Assembly (NCBI GenBank): GCA_949295915.1
Contig: CASFNB010000002.1
Location: 45,729-109,728 of the forward strand
DNA length: 64,000 nucleotides
Direction: 5' to 3'
DNA from: an uncultured Pseudomonadota bacterium
GTDB taxonomy: Bacteria; Pseudomonadota; Alphaproteobacteria; RF32; CAG-239
Shown: piece by piece, positions 17,934 through 28,300 of the stretch
Position numbering within the stretch: position 1 is the stretch's first letter
Layout: each line of letters starts with the position of its first letter
Notes under the pieces: generated by a model
Databases searched by the model: none
What the model was told of the DNA's origin: nothing
The model's input: the letters and a program-made list of their open reading frames with translations, nothing else
Made by a program: the position numbers and the translations under genes

Positions 17934-18206
17934 TTAGTTAACAGAATCTTGCAAAGCTTTACCGGCTTTAAATTTAGCTTGTTTGCGAGCCGGAATTTTG
18001 ATTTCGGCACCGGTGCGCGGGTTGCGACCAGTTGTAGCAGAACGTTTGCTAACAGCAAAAGTACCAAAACCAACCAAGCGAACTTCATCGCCAGCTTTCA
18101 AAGCGCTGGTAACAGAAGCGATGAAAGCATCAACAGCTTTAGAGCAATCAGTTTTTGTCAAACCGGTTTCATTAGCAATGCTAGAAATAAGTTCATTTTT
18201 ATTCAC
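17934..18206 (-). CDS. hupB: HU/IHF-family nucleoid-associated DNA-binding protein
   Basis: …GDEVRLVGFGTFAVSKRSATTGRNPRTGAEIKIPARKQAKFKAGKAL. Start taken at the GTG (VNKNELIS) preceded by GGGAG. The longer 126-aa ORF adds a non-HU N-terminus. Confidence 0.85.
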   Translation of the reverse strand: MNKNELISSIANETGLTKTDCSKAVDAFIASVTSALKAGDEVRLVGFGTFAVSKRSATTGRNPRTGAEIKIPARKQAKFKAGKALQDSVN

Positions 18207-18528
18207 GGTGAGAACTCCCACTAAATATAAGTTATAAACCAATGTCAAAGCCACTTGGGCTTTACACAGAAAATTTAAGCGTTCTTTTTTTATGAAGTCA
18301 AACAAAATAAACACTTTGCGCGCAAAAAAGTGATTTTTTTTACAAAAAAAGCAACTTCAGACACAAAAAAACAACTTATCCCCAGATTTCTGCGCCTTTT
18401 TAAGAATTATCGATTTAAAATTTTGCGATTCTGAAAAGAAAATTCGATTCTTATTTTTTATGTATACGCATAAAAAGAAAGGCATCTTTCCGGATGCCTT
18501 CTTAAACATTATCATTATGGTAGCAAAA

Positions 18529-20865
18529 CTATTTCTTCTTTTTGGGTTGCTTTACCAAAGCCACTTTCAAAACCTCAGAAACTTCGGAGACCGGAATAAT
18601 TTTCATTTCTTTTTTCACGTTATCCGGAATTTCTGCCAAATCTTTCTCATTATCTTTCGGAATGAGAACGGTCTTGATGCCGCCGCGCAAAGCTGCAAGG
18701 AGCTTTTCTTTCAACCCGCCGATAGGAAGAACCCTGCCCTGCAAAGTAATTTCACCGGTCATAGCCACATCTTTCTTAACCGGAATTTTGGTAAAGACAG
18801 AAACCATGGTTGTATACATGGCAATACCGGCGGACGGACCATCTTTCGGTGTAGCTCCTTCGGGAACGTGAATATGCAAATCAGTCTTTTCAAAAATTTC
18901 GGGATCGATTCCCAATTCTTTGGAATGAGAACGAACAACCGAATACGCCGTTTCAATAGATTCTTTCATCACATCGCCGAGTTTACCTGTTTCGGTAACT
19001 TTACCTTTACCGGGCATATCCACTGCCTCAATAAAGAGAATATCACCACCGACTTCTGTCCATGCCAAACCGGTTGTCACGCCAATATGGTCGGTATTTT
19101 CGGCTTCTCCGAAACGATATTTGATAACGCCGAGATATTTTTCCAAATTCTTTTCTGTAATCGACACTTTCTTAGTTTTACCGGAAGAAAGCAAAATTTC
19201 TTTTACGGCCTTACGGGCAATATTAGAAATCTCTCTTTCCAAATTACGGACACCGGCTTCACGTGTATAATAACGTATGATGTTACGAATAGCCCCTTCG
19301 GAAATGCTTAGTTCTGAAGATTTAATTGCATTTTCTTCAAAAATCTTTGGCAACAAGTGACGTTTGGCAATTTCAACTTTTTCATCTTCGGTATAACCGG
19401 ACAAGCGGATAATTTCCATTCTATCCAACAAAGGTCTGGGCATATCCAAAGAGTTTGCGGTTGTCACAAACATAACATCAGATAAATCATAATCCACTTC
19501 CAAATAATGATCATTGAAAGCTGAGTTTTGTTCGGGATCCAAAACCTCTAACAGAGCCGAGGCCGGATCACCACGATAATCGTTGCCGAGTTTATCAATT
19601 TCATCGAGCAAAAACAACGGATTAGATGTTGCAGCTTTTTTCATGCCTTTGATGATTTTGCCCGGCATGGAACCGATATATGTACGTCTGTGACCTCTGA
19701 TTTCGGCTTCATCACGCATGCCGCCCAAAGAGGCACGAACAAAACTTCTGCCTGTTGCCCGCGCAATAGATTTTCCGAGAGAGGTTTTACCGACACCCGG
19801 AGGACCGACTAAGCACAAAATCGGACCTTTGACCTTTTCGGCACGAGCCAGAACCGCCAAATATTCGATAATTCTTTCTTTGACTTTTTCCAAGCCGTAG
19901 TGATCTTTTTCCAAGATATCCATGGCCTTTTTCAAATCTTTATTAATTTTAGAGCGTTTTTTCCAAGGGATGTCCAAAAGCCAATCCAAATAGTTGCGCA
20001 CAACCGTTGCTTCGCTGGACATCGGGCTCATGGTTTTGAGTTTTTTAACTTCGGCAAGAGCTTTATCTTTGGCTTCTTTAGAGAGTTTTACTTTTTCAAT
20101 TTTCTTAAGATATTCACTGATTTCGCCGTCTTCTTCACCATCACCGAGCTCTTTCTGAATAGCTTTCATTTGCTCGTTCAGGTAATATTCCTTCTGGCTT
20201 TTTTCCATCTGTTTTTTAACACGATTCTTAATACGGCTTTCCACTTCCAAAACCGTTAATTCTGAATTCATGAATTCTAAGATTTTTTCAAACCTGTCGG
20301 CAAGGGTTTTACCCTCTAAAAGCGCTTGTTTATCTTCAATTTTCAAAGACAAATGAGCGGCAATGGTATCTGCCATTTTGGCATAATCTTTAAGCTGGTT
20401 TACAGAAACCAACACCTCGGGGGGCGTTTTACGAGACAGCTTAACATATTCTTCAAACTGAGATAAAACAGCACGAACCAAAGCTTCCAATTCCAAGCTA
20501 TTGGCAGATTCTTCTTCGGGTAGAATTTCGGCTTCAGCCAACATAAATTCTTTATTCCGGCAAAACTTATCAATTTTAACACGTTCCATACCTTCAATCA
20601 ACACTTTTACCGTGCCGTCGGGTAAACGTAACATTTGGACAATTGTACCGATTGTACCGATATGATAAACATCATCAGACTGAGGATCATCAACAGTCGC
20701 ATCTTTTTGTGTAAGCAAAATGATATTTCCGTCATCATCGGCCACACTTTGCAAAGCCTTGATAGACTTATCCCTTCCTACAAATAAAGGAACAATCATC
20801 TTCGGATAAACCACAATATCGCGCAAAGGCAAAACCGGACATTTAATTTTCTTTTTGACCATCAT
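18529..20865 (-). CDS. lon: ATP-dependent Lon protease
   Basis: N-terminal LON domain (IPVLPLRDIVVYP), AAA+ Walker A GPPGVGKTS, and protease domain catalytic Ser in PKDGPSAGIAM. Confidence 0.95.
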   Translation of the reverse strand: MMVKKKIKCPVLPLRDIVVYPKMIVPLFVGRDKSIKALQSVADDDGNIILLTQKDATVDDPQSDDVYHIGTIGTIVQMLRLPDGTVKVLIEGMERVKIDKFCRNKEFMLAEAEILPEEESANSLELEALVRAVLSQFEEYVKLSRKTPPEVLVSVNQLKDYAKMADTIAAHLSLKIEDKQALLEGKTLADRFEKILEFMNSELTVLEVESRIKNRVKKQMEKSQKEYYLNEQMKAIQKELGDGEEDGEISEYLKKIEKVKLSKEAKDKALAEVKKLKTMSPMSSEATVVRNYLDWLLDIPWKKRSKINKDLKKAMDILEKDHYGLEKVKERIIEYLAVLARAEKVKGPILCLVGPPGVGKTSLGKSIARATGRSFVRASLGGMRDEAEIRGHRRTYIGSMPGKIIKGMKKAATSNPLFLLDEIDKLGNDYRGDPASALLEVLDPEQNSAFNDHYLEVDYDLSDVMFVTTANSLDMPRPLLDRMEIIRLSGYTEDEKVEIAKRHLLPKIFEENAIKSSELSISEGAIRNIIRYYTREAGVRNLEREISNIARKAVKEILLSSGKTKKVSITEKNLEKYLGVIKYRFGEAENTDHIGVTTGLAWTEVGGDILFIEAVDMPGKGKVTETGKLGDVMKESIETAYSVVRSHSKELGIDPEIFEKTDLHIHVPEGATPKDGPSAGIAMYTTMVSVFTKIPVKKDVAMTGEITLQGRVLPIGGLKEKLLAALRGGIKTVLIPKDNEKDLAEIPDNVKKEMKIIPVSEVSEVLKVALVKQPKKKK

Positions 20866-21092
20866 GATTTCCTCAAATAAATTTAATCTCTAAAATGATA
20901 TAGGCGCAATTTTTCTCTACTGCAACAACATGAGACATTTTTGGCACAAATATTAACATAGAGCAACCCTAACCTTTTTTAATCCACAAACAAGAAAAAA
21001 ATATATCTGATAACTCAATAAATAAAATTTGCTAAAAACAAAAAAACCTTGTATGATACATCAAGATTTATCGTATTAGAGAAAGGTTTTTT

Positions 21093-21344
21093 ATGACACA
21101 TCTTATCAAAAATACCGAAATTGGAGAAGAAATAGAAGTTGACGTTTCGGTCACGCTGGGAACTGCCAATCTACGAGTAAATCAACTGCTCAAACTGGGG
21201 CGCGGAGCTGTTGTTGAATTAGACAGAGATGTAAATGATTGTGTTGATATTTATGCCAACGACGTTCTCATCGGTCACGGTGAAGTTGTAATTACAGAAA
21301 ATGACAAAATCGGAATTTCCATAATTGATACGCAAACAAAATGA
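21093..21344 (+). CDS. FliN/YscQ-family (SpoA domain) protein, stand-alone
   Basis: 83 aa matching the C-terminal SpoA domain (…LGTANLRVNQLLKLGRGAVVELD…ANDVLIGHGEVVITENDKIGISII). A GAAAGG RBS is present. Its stop overlaps the next gene's start. Confidence 0.6.
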   Translation: MTHLIKNTEIGEEIEVDVSVTLGTANLRVNQLLKLGRGAVVELDRDVNDCVDIYANDVLIGHGEVVITENDKIGISIIDTQTK

Positions 21345-22108
21345 AAATAATAATTTCAAAAATAAAACCATATATAAAAAAATTATACCAAAACAGTTTT
21401 TTCAGAAATATAATCAGTTGGTTGGTTTATCTCTATGCTCAATTTGTATATAAAACAAGCAAATGGGAAGTAATCAACCGAGAAAAATTAATTGACTTAT
21501 GGGAAAGTGGTCAAACCTTTATTTTGGTCGGCTGGCATGGTCGCGCTATCATGTATTCATCCTTCAGAGATTATAGATTTCCGCTCAACGCTTTGGTATC
21601 TTTACACAAAGACGGACGTATTATAGCCGGTGTATTACAAAAATATGGCTTAGGCACCATTGGCGGCTCCAGCAACAAAAATGCAAAAGCAGCTGCCATA
21701 AATTTAATGAATTCCCTCAAAGATAACACATCAATCTGCATCATTCCGGATGGTCCGCGCGGACCTCGTATGCACATGACAGAAAGTCCAATATATTATG
21801 CACATAAAACCGGTGTTCCGATAATAGGAATTACTTGTAGTGTAAAAAAATGTAAAATCATAGAAAAATCATGGGATAAAATGATGGTTCCCTATCCTTT
21901 CAACAAAGGAATATGTCGTTTCAGTGAGCCGATATACATTCCTCAAGATGCTTCTGAAGCAGATTTAGAAAAATACCGTCAACAAATTGAAACCATGCTT
22001 AACCGGCATAGTTTTGAAGCAGACCAAGCCATGGGTTTAACCCCTGTTCTTCCCGGAACAGAATGTAAAAAGAAAAATGACATAAAAGGAAAAATAACAT
22101 GTTTATAG
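21341..22108 (+). CDS. DUF374-domain protein (lysophospholipid-acyltransferase-like), the conserved partner of kdtA
   Basis: …ILVGWHGRAIM…IPDGPRGPR…. The gene order DUF374-kdtA-lpxK is conserved in alphaproteobacteria. Confidence 0.7.
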   Translation: MKIIISKIKPYIKKLYQNSFFRNIISWLVYLYAQFVYKTSKWEVINREKLIDLWESGQTFILVGWHGRAIMYSSFRDYRFPLNALVSLHKDGRIIAGVLQKYGLGTIGGSSNKNAKAAAINLMNSLKDNTSICIIPDGPRGPRMHMTESPIYYAHKTGVPIIGITCSVKKCKIIEKSWDKMMVPYPFNKGICRFSEPIYIPQDASEADLEKYRQQIETMLNRHSFEADQAMGLTPVLPGTECKKKNDIKGKITCL

Positions 22109-23358
22109 AGATATACGACAAATTGGTAAAAACATTATATCCTTATGCCATTCAACCATACATCAATAAAAGGTTAAAAATGGGCAAAGAAGATACGTCT
22201 CGACATAATGAACGGTTGGGTAAACCTCTTTTGGCACGTCCCGAAGGAAAGCTTATCTGGCTTCACGGGGCATCCGTTGGTGAATCTTTATCCATGTTAC
22301 CATTAATCCACAAACTTTTAAAAGAAAACCCTACTTACAATATCATGGTAACAACCGGAACAATCACTTCCGCAGAACTTATGGGTAAACGTCTTCCGGA
22401 AAGAGCTTTTCATCAATACATTCCCATAGACAATCCTGTTTTTGTAAAAAATTTTATAAAGCACTGGAAACCGGATATTGCTTTATGGTTTGAATCGGAA
22501 TTCTGGCCAGCCATGCTGGGGGAAATCAAAAAAAATAAAATTCCTCTGATTTTGGTCAATGGACGAATTTCAGATAAAACCTTTGATCGTTGGCGCATGT
22601 TCAAATTTGTCAGCAAAGAACTTTTATCATGCTTTACCTTATGCTTAGGTCAATCAGACGAAGATGCCAGACGTTTAAAAATCATCGGAGCACCCAATGC
22701 TCAATGTCTGGGAAATATAAAATATGCCGGCTTTAATCCACCGGTTGATGCAAATAAACGTGCCGAAATTTTATCTCAAATCGGAGAAAGGACAACATGG
22801 GCCGTCATTTCAACCCATCATGATGAAGAAGCTCAAATTGGCAAAAAAATACATGAAATCAAACAACAAATCCCCGATTTATTAACTATTATAGCCCCTC
22901 GCCATCCGCAACGAGGCAAAGACATTCAACAACAACTAAACGCTTTGGGCTTAAATACTGCGCTTCGCACCAAACAAGAAAAAATCACGCCGGAAACAGA
23001 TGTCTATATCGCGGATACAATCGGAGAAGTTGGAATTTGGTATAATCTGGCTCCTGTCATTTTCATCGGCGGTTCACTTGTCCCTCACGGAGGTCAAAAT
23101 TTCATAGAGCCTTGTCGTTTTCATGATGCCGTTATTGTTGGACCTTTCATGCACAATTTTACCGATGTCATGAACCGCGCAAAAAAAGCCGATGCCATTA
23201 TTCAGATAAAAAATACCGAACAATTGGCAACAGAAGTCATAAAGCTATTACAAAATAAAGAATTTTGGCAAGAACGCCAAGAAAAAGCATATAACTGGGC
23301 CATGAAAGAAGCCAAGGTCTTAGATGGTATTTCTGACGTAATCAAGGAATATCTGTAA
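22099..23358 (+). CDS. waaA: 3-deoxy-D-manno-octulosonic acid (Kdo) transferase
   Basis: …GKLIWLHGASVGESLS…PDIALWFESEFWP…. GT30 family, 419 aa. Confidence 0.9.
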   Translation: MFIEIYDKLVKTLYPYAIQPYINKRLKMGKEDTSRHNERLGKPLLARPEGKLIWLHGASVGESLSMLPLIHKLLKENPTYNIMVTTGTITSAELMGKRLPERAFHQYIPIDNPVFVKNFIKHWKPDIALWFESEFWPAMLGEIKKNKIPLILVNGRISDKTFDRWRMFKFVSKELLSCFTLCLGQSDEDARRLKIIGAPNAQCLGNIKYAGFNPPVDANKRAEILSQIGERTTWAVISTHHDEEAQIGKKIHEIKQQIPDLLTIIAPRHPQRGKDIQQQLNALGLNTALRTKQEKITPETDVYIADTIGEVGIWYNLAPVIFIGGSLVPHGGQNFIEPCRFHDAVIVGPFMHNFTDVMNRAKKADAIIQIKNTEQLATEVIKLLQNKEFWQERQEKAYNWAMKEAKVLDGISDVIKEYL

Positions 23359-24311
23359 TGAAAACTCCAATTTACTGGAAAAAGAAAAATATATATTCTT
23401 ATCTCTTATCACCGCTTGGTTTGCTGTATCAATATGCAACTTTACTAAATATGACGATAAAAAAGCCGCAAAAAGTAAATAAACCGGTGATATGTATTGG
23501 TAATTTAACCGCCGGCGGCACAGGGAAAACACCGGTTGCTATTTCTTTTGCCAATATTTTACAAGAATTAGATAAAAAGCCTTTTTTTGTATCTCGTGGC
23601 TACGGAGGAAAATTACATAACATTGTTGTTGATAAAAATATACACACACCGCAAGATGTCGGGGATGAACCTTTACTTTTAGCCAGACAAGCCCCCGTTG
23701 TTGTCAACCCCAATCGATTTGAAGGTGCAAAATTGGCAATTAAAAACGGAGCCGACATTATTGTAATGGATGATGGTTTCCAAAACCCAACTTTGAAAAA
23801 AGATCTTTCATTCTTGGTTTTTGATGGAGAATTTGGCTATGGTAACGGAATGTGCATTCCGGCAGGTCCGTTAAGAGAAAGTTTAGCTTCGGGTTTAAAA
23901 AGAGCTCAAGCTATCATCATTATTGGTGAAGATAAACACAATTTAGCCAACAAGTTCAAAGATTTTCCCATATTTAAGGGACATATTAAACCGCAAATCC
24001 CGACACCGGAAAAAGAACCGATAATTGCCTTTGCCGGCATTGGTCGTCCTGAAAAATTTTATAATTCTTTACGATTATGCGGATTTAAAATTTATCAAAC
24101 CATAAATTTTGCCGATCATCATCAATATAAAAGAGATGAACTTTTAGTCTTAATAGAAAAAGCCAAAAAAAACAAATGTATGTTATATACCACTTCAAAA
24201 GACTTTGTAAAAATCCCTTCAGATATAAGAGGCTATTTCAAAGTACTGGAAATAACCATTCAATGGGAAGATGAAGAAAAACTGAGACATTTTTTAGCAA
24301 AAAATATATAA
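23358..24311 (+). CDS. lpxK: Tetraacyldisaccharide 4'-kinase
   Basis: P-loop ICIGNLTAGGTGKTP. Its length and its position right after kdtA both fit lpxK. Confidence 0.9.
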   Translation: MKTPIYWKKKNIYSYLLSPLGLLYQYATLLNMTIKKPQKVNKPVICIGNLTAGGTGKTPVAISFANILQELDKKPFFVSRGYGGKLHNIVVDKNIHTPQDVGDEPLLLARQAPVVVNPNRFEGAKLAIKNGADIIVMDDGFQNPTLKKDLSFLVFDGEFGYGNGMCIPAGPLRESLASGLKRAQAIIIIGEDKHNLANKFKDFPIFKGHIKPQIPTPEKEPIIAFAGIGRPEKFYNSLRLCGFKIYQTINFADHHQYKRDELLVLIEKAKKNKCMLYTTSKDFVKIPSDIRGYFKVLEITIQWEDEEKLRHFLAKNI

Positions 24312-24316
24312 CAGTT

Positions 24317-25255
24317 TTATTTTATATTCTCATAAATATATTTATTCAAATTATTATACTCTAAAGCTTTGTAGTAGTTTTCTTTAACGGCTTCCAAATG
24401 TTCCGTATAAAATTTTGGTGTCAAATTTTTAACGATAGTATCAATTTTATCATATTCATCAGGCTTGATTTCAATAATTCCGTCCGCATTAAAAATTTTT
24501 CCTATTTTAGATGCTCCGATATAAACCGGAATTGTAAACTCAAGAAAACAATCCAAAATTTTTTCGGTAAAATAATAAGGCTCAACACTATTTTCAACCA
24601 CAACTTGAAAATAATACGGAGCCAAAGTAATTTCTTTTTTATCAAATCTTGAACCGCCATCTAAATTTCCAAAAACATCCGCCAAAGCATTATCTCTTAA
24701 ATTTCTGGCAATACTAATACGCAATTGATGAAATTTTGTATTATTCTTTTTGGAACAAATCATAGAAACAAGCTTAGATTTTTTCTCGTACAGCAATTCA
24801 TCGCTATTTTTGACCCACCCTCCCGAAGCAGGAAAAAAAACGGCATTAGGCAATTTATTGAGTAATCTGTCAGAATGCGTAAATATTTTTTCAAATTCTT
24901 TTTCTAACCCTTTATGTTTGTCAAAAATTTTATAATCTTCAGGCAAAATAGATTCAGCCTCAACTAAAGCGCCAAATTTTCTTATGGCTGTTTTTTCGGT
25001 ATATAACATTTCGGTATGTGTATATAAATGCTTTTCCAAAGCATAATTATAGCGATCAAAAAACAAATAATCACCTTGCCAAGCATAGGGACCCATATAA
25101 GTATCTTTAAGATAAACAGTTTCCAAAGGTGTTCCGAATTTATTATATATCAAGGGTTGCTGAGGATTTAAAACCTTTCTGCTGGGCTTAAATACGAGTT
25201 GTTTTTTGCCACGAATAATATCGATTATTGTTTGAACTTTCATAACTTGCACCAA
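24317..25255 (-). CDS. GT10-like glycosyltransferase (alpha-1,3-fucosyltransferase family motif)
   Basis: C-terminal motif …YYFQVVVENSVEPYYFTEKILDCFLEFTIPVYIGASKI resembles the FxLAFENSxxxxYVTEKxxDA…IPVYWG signature of bacterial GT10 enzymes. Confidence 0.55.
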   Translation of the reverse strand: MVQVMKVQTIIDIIRGKKQLVFKPSRKVLNPQQPLIYNKFGTPLETVYLKDTYMGPYAWQGDYLFFDRYNYALEKHLYTHTEMLYTEKTAIRKFGALVEAESILPEDYKIFDKHKGLEKEFEKIFTHSDRLLNKLPNAVFFPASGGWVKNSDELLYEKKSKLVSMICSKKNNTKFHQLRISIARNLRDNALADVFGNLDGGSRFDKKEITLAPYYFQVVVENSVEPYYFTEKILDCFLEFTIPVYIGASKIGKIFNADGIIEIKPDEYDKIDTIVKNLTPKFYTEHLEAVKENYYKALEYNNLNKYIYENIK

Positions 25256-25376
25256 ATGCTAATTAATATTAAAATTAGAATACAAAGATACATCTCAAAA
25301 ACAAGACCATAAAAAAATTACCAACAAAAAAAGATACCCCTTGTTTTTTTTTACGCAGGATATCTTTTTTAGTCAT

Positions 25377-25616
25377 TCATTCTTGCCAATCATCGGTATC
25401 TTCTTCACTGGGTTTTGTATTACCATAAGCTTGTCCGCTATCTCCATAGGTAATATATTTATCCCAACCAAACAGAATAAAAATTGCGCTTATCGCATAA
25501 AAAGAAGCAAACGCAATATAAAAAGCATGAGAAATATTCTCAACAACAAATGAAGAGACCAACATAAAAAGAGCAATCACGCCCCATGCCTTGGCAATTT
25601 TTTTTAGCTTTTTCAT
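25377..25616 (-). CDS. Small membrane protein (start uncertain)
   Basis: Two predicted TM helices. Start chosen at MKKLKKIAKAW to avoid a 50-nt overlap with opgG. Confidence 0.35.
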   Translation of the reverse strand: MKKLKKIAKAWGVIALFMLVSSFVVENISHAFYIAFASFYAISAIFILFGWDKYITYGDSGQAYGNTKPSEEDTDDWQE

Positions 25617-25695
25617 AATATATATATTTTGATTAATAATAGGTTTTAGTTTAGTTACTATATCCCTATATTTTTTATAATCAAGCCCTAAAAAC

Positions 25696-27249
25696 TTACT
25701 TCCACCACTGATAACTCCAAATTTCAGAAATCGGACGATTATCATGAGCCTTATCTCTGAGCAATACGCGCAATTCTATAATTTCTTTATTTGGCTCAAA
25801 ATCAAAATACAAAGTAGCTCCGTTAATGCTTGGCGTATACATCAATTTAATATTGGTAATTGTTCCGGCTTGGTTCGAAATGTCTGCCCAGATATTACCG
25901 TTTTCAATTTCTTGTTTCAGATTTTCAACATCAAAGTCAACAAAATCAATCACATATTTACGCTTGTGGCGTAAATATTCTCCTGCCAAGCCATCTCCGC
26001 CCATACCGTTATAGGTAGCAAAAACTTTTGCTAAATTTGTCATAATCGGAGCTTCATTCACCCAATGCATGCGATATTTGAAACGATATTCTTTTTGTGC
26101 TTCAATCGGCATATCCGGCACCCAATAAGCCACAACATTATCGTTTGTTTCATCAATAGAAGGAAGTTCGGCCAATTGTACTTTCCCCCTCCCCCAATTT
26201 TCAAGAGGTTCAATCCACAAGCTCGGGCGCAAATCATAAGTTGCTTCGGGGTCAAGATAGTGGCGTGGATTACGATCACGCTGCATCAAGCCAAAACCTT
26301 TAGGGTTATTATCTACAAAAGAGCTCAAGCGCAAATGTTCGGAATTGTCTAAAGGACGCCAAATTTTTTCGCCATTACCGTTAACAACCAACAAACCGTC
26401 ACTGTCATGCACTTCGGGACGATAATCATCAAAACGAATTTTTGTATTTTCGCCATAAAGGAACATTGAAGTTAAGGGAGCAATTTCAAGTTTGGCGATA
26501 TTCATGCGTGGATAAAGCACGGCTTCAACATCGATAATTGTTTCTTCACCGGGAACAATATCAAAACTATAAGCACCGGCAATACTTTGACTATCAAGCA
26601 AGGCATAAATTTTAATATTTTCATCATCGGGACGATTAAGCCAAAATTCTTTAAAAATCGGAAATTCTTCAGGCATTTTTTCTGCTGTATTGATACCCAA
26701 ACCACGAGCAGAAAGACCATAGCGTTGACCTTGAGCCATGGAACGAAAATAGCTTGCGCCGAGAAAAGAAATAAGCTCATCATAAAAATCTGTGTTCAAC
26801 GGATATTGCAGACGGAAACCGGCATATCCTAAATTTTTATCAAAAGATTCCGGAGTAATATTATTTTTGCCAAAATCAAAATTATGAAAATCATAATTAA
26901 TATCTATGACTTTACCTTTTTTAACCTCATGGAGTTGCACCGGATGATTAAACAAACCGCCGAGATGATAAAATTGTGCTTCATAAGACAAATCTTTATC
27001 ATGCCACAAAGATTGTTCGGGAAGGAAACGAATATCACTATATTGTTCATATTTCATCTGAGCCAAAGATGCTGGTAAATCTGCTTTATTGTCAATATAA
27101 GGAGACAAAGAAAGTTGTTTGGCTTTAGCGACAACGTCGGCAAAAGAAAATTCCGGCTTGGTTTCAGATTTTGCAATATGCCAATAACTAAAGGCACACA
27201 AAGAAACAATCAAGGATAAACAACAGCCGCATTGAACTATTTTTTTCAT
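25696..27249 (-). CDS. opgG: Periplasmic glucan biosynthesis protein OpgG/OpgD (MdoG) family
   Basis: Signal peptide and the conserved blocks …LYGENTKIRFDDYRPEVHDSDGLLV… and …RNPRHYLDP…. Length 517 aa. Confidence 0.8.
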   Translation of the reverse strand: MKKIVQCGCCLSLIVSLCAFSYWHIAKSETKPEFSFADVVAKAKQLSLSPYIDNKADLPASLAQMKYEQYSDIRFLPEQSLWHDKDLSYEAQFYHLGGLFNHPVQLHEVKKGKVIDINYDFHNFDFGKNNITPESFDKNLGYAGFRLQYPLNTDFYDELISFLGASYFRSMAQGQRYGLSARGLGINTAEKMPEEFPIFKEFWLNRPDDENIKIYALLDSQSIAGAYSFDIVPGEETIIDVEAVLYPRMNIAKLEIAPLTSMFLYGENTKIRFDDYRPEVHDSDGLLVVNGNGEKIWRPLDNSEHLRLSSFVDNNPKGFGLMQRDRNPRHYLDPEATYDLRPSLWIEPLENWGRGKVQLAELPSIDETNDNVVAYWVPDMPIEAQKEYRFKYRMHWVNEAPIMTNLAKVFATYNGMGGDGLAGEYLRHKRKYVIDFVDFDVENLKQEIENGNIWADISNQAGTITNIKLMYTPSINGATLYFDFEPNKEIIELRVLLRDKAHDNRPISEIWSYQWWK

Positions 27250-27305
27250 CTAAAAGCTCCTTATATGAACAACATAAAAAAAGCACCCTTCAGGGTGCTT
27301 TTTAG

Positions 27306-27393
27306 TGGCGGAGAGTACAGGACTCGAACCTGTGCATCGGTATTCCCGATGACGGATTAGCAATCCGCTGCATTACCACTCTGCCAACTCTCC
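27306..27393 (-). tRNA. tRNA-Ser (anticodon GCU), CCA encoded
   Basis: 88 nt: acceptor GGAGAGT/ACTCTCC, anticodon stem GCGGA/TCCGT with loop TTGCTAA, long variable arm CATCGG-gaata-CCGATG, T-arm ACAGG-TTCGAGT-CCTGT. Confidence 0.9.
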
Positions 27394-27471
27394 ATCGTGG
27401 TACGCAGATATATTTATATTATGTTTTATCTTACGTCAACACAAAATTTCAAAAATAAACACATATTTTTA

Positions 27472-28245
27472 TCAATCTAAAACCATTGATAAATAAGTCA
27501 TGAAAATAAAGCCGGAAAAAACGGCAAAAGCAGACTTTGTTGTGCGTTTGAAGCCATAAGTTTCGGGTAAAATTTCATTAATAACGACAAAGAGGAGAGT
27601 ACCGCCGGCCATAGCCATACCCAACGGAACAATTTTGTCGCTGATATCCATAGTAAGAAGTCCGATAACGGCACCAATCGGTTGAACCATACCAATAAGC
27701 AGAGCCGTAGATGCAGCTTTGATTCGAGACACGTTAGCTCCGACCAAAGAAATGGCAATGGTTAAACCTTCGGGAACATTATGAAGAGCAATACCGATAA
27801 CCAAACTTAAAGGATTAACCAAATCCTCGGCACTAAACGCCACCCCGACGGCCAACCCTTCGGGAAGTTTATGTAAAGTAATGGCAATAATGAAGAGCCA
27901 AGCTTTTTTAAGGCTGATATGAGGCCCGTGCGCACCCATATTATTATGTTCATGCGGCAATACGGCATTAAGTATCCAAACCAAAGCCACACCGACGAAC
28001 ACGGCCGAGCTGTACCAAAATGCCGAAACATGAATGTCGGGATTAAATTGCAAGACCTTACGCATGGAAGGAACGAGAAGAGCAAAGAAAGAAGCCGCCA
28101 ACATCACACCTGCCGCTAAATTGAGCATAAAATTGATATTATCTTGGCTGTATTTCTTTTTAAAAAAAATCATAAAGCCACCGATACCGGTCACAAAACC
28201 GGCAATCAGAGATGCAAGCAATCCTTCTACAAAAACATTGGTCAT
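27472..28245 (-). CDS. zupT: ZIP family metal (zinc) transporter
   Basis: Twin HNxPEG motifs (LHKLPEGLAVGVAF, LHNVPEGLTIAISL). About 8 TM helices. Confidence 0.85.
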   Translation of the reverse strand: MTNVFVEGLLASLIAGFVTGIGGFMIFFKKKYSQDNINFMLNLAAGVMLAASFFALLVPSMRKVLQFNPDIHVSAFWYSSAVFVGVALVWILNAVLPHEHNNMGAHGPHISLKKAWLFIIAITLHKLPEGLAVGVAFSAEDLVNPLSLVIGIALHNVPEGLTIAISLVGANVSRIKAASTALLIGMVQPIGAVIGLLTMDISDKIVPLGMAMAGGTLLFVVINEILPETYGFKRTTKSAFAVFSGFIFMTYLSMVLD

Positions 28246-28300
28246 TTATTTATTCCGAAAATCAAGGCCGGCTAAACGCCAGCCTTTTAGTTGATAACAA

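Noticed and set aside
17934-18314. Longer 126-aa version of the HU gene
   Set aside because: The extra N-terminal 35 aa have no HU homology. A GTG start with a GGGAG RBS gives a canonical 91-aa HU.
18460-19311. 283-aa plus-strand ORF, and several smaller ones, antisense to lon
   Set aside because: It lies entirely inside the well-supported Lon protease gene on the opposite strand and has low-complexity composition typical of antisense frames.
28255-28295. Hairpin aaggccggc/gccagcctt between the ZIP transporter and gatB
   Set aside because: The stem has a central mismatch and there is no convincing T-tract on either strand, so it is not reported as a terminator.
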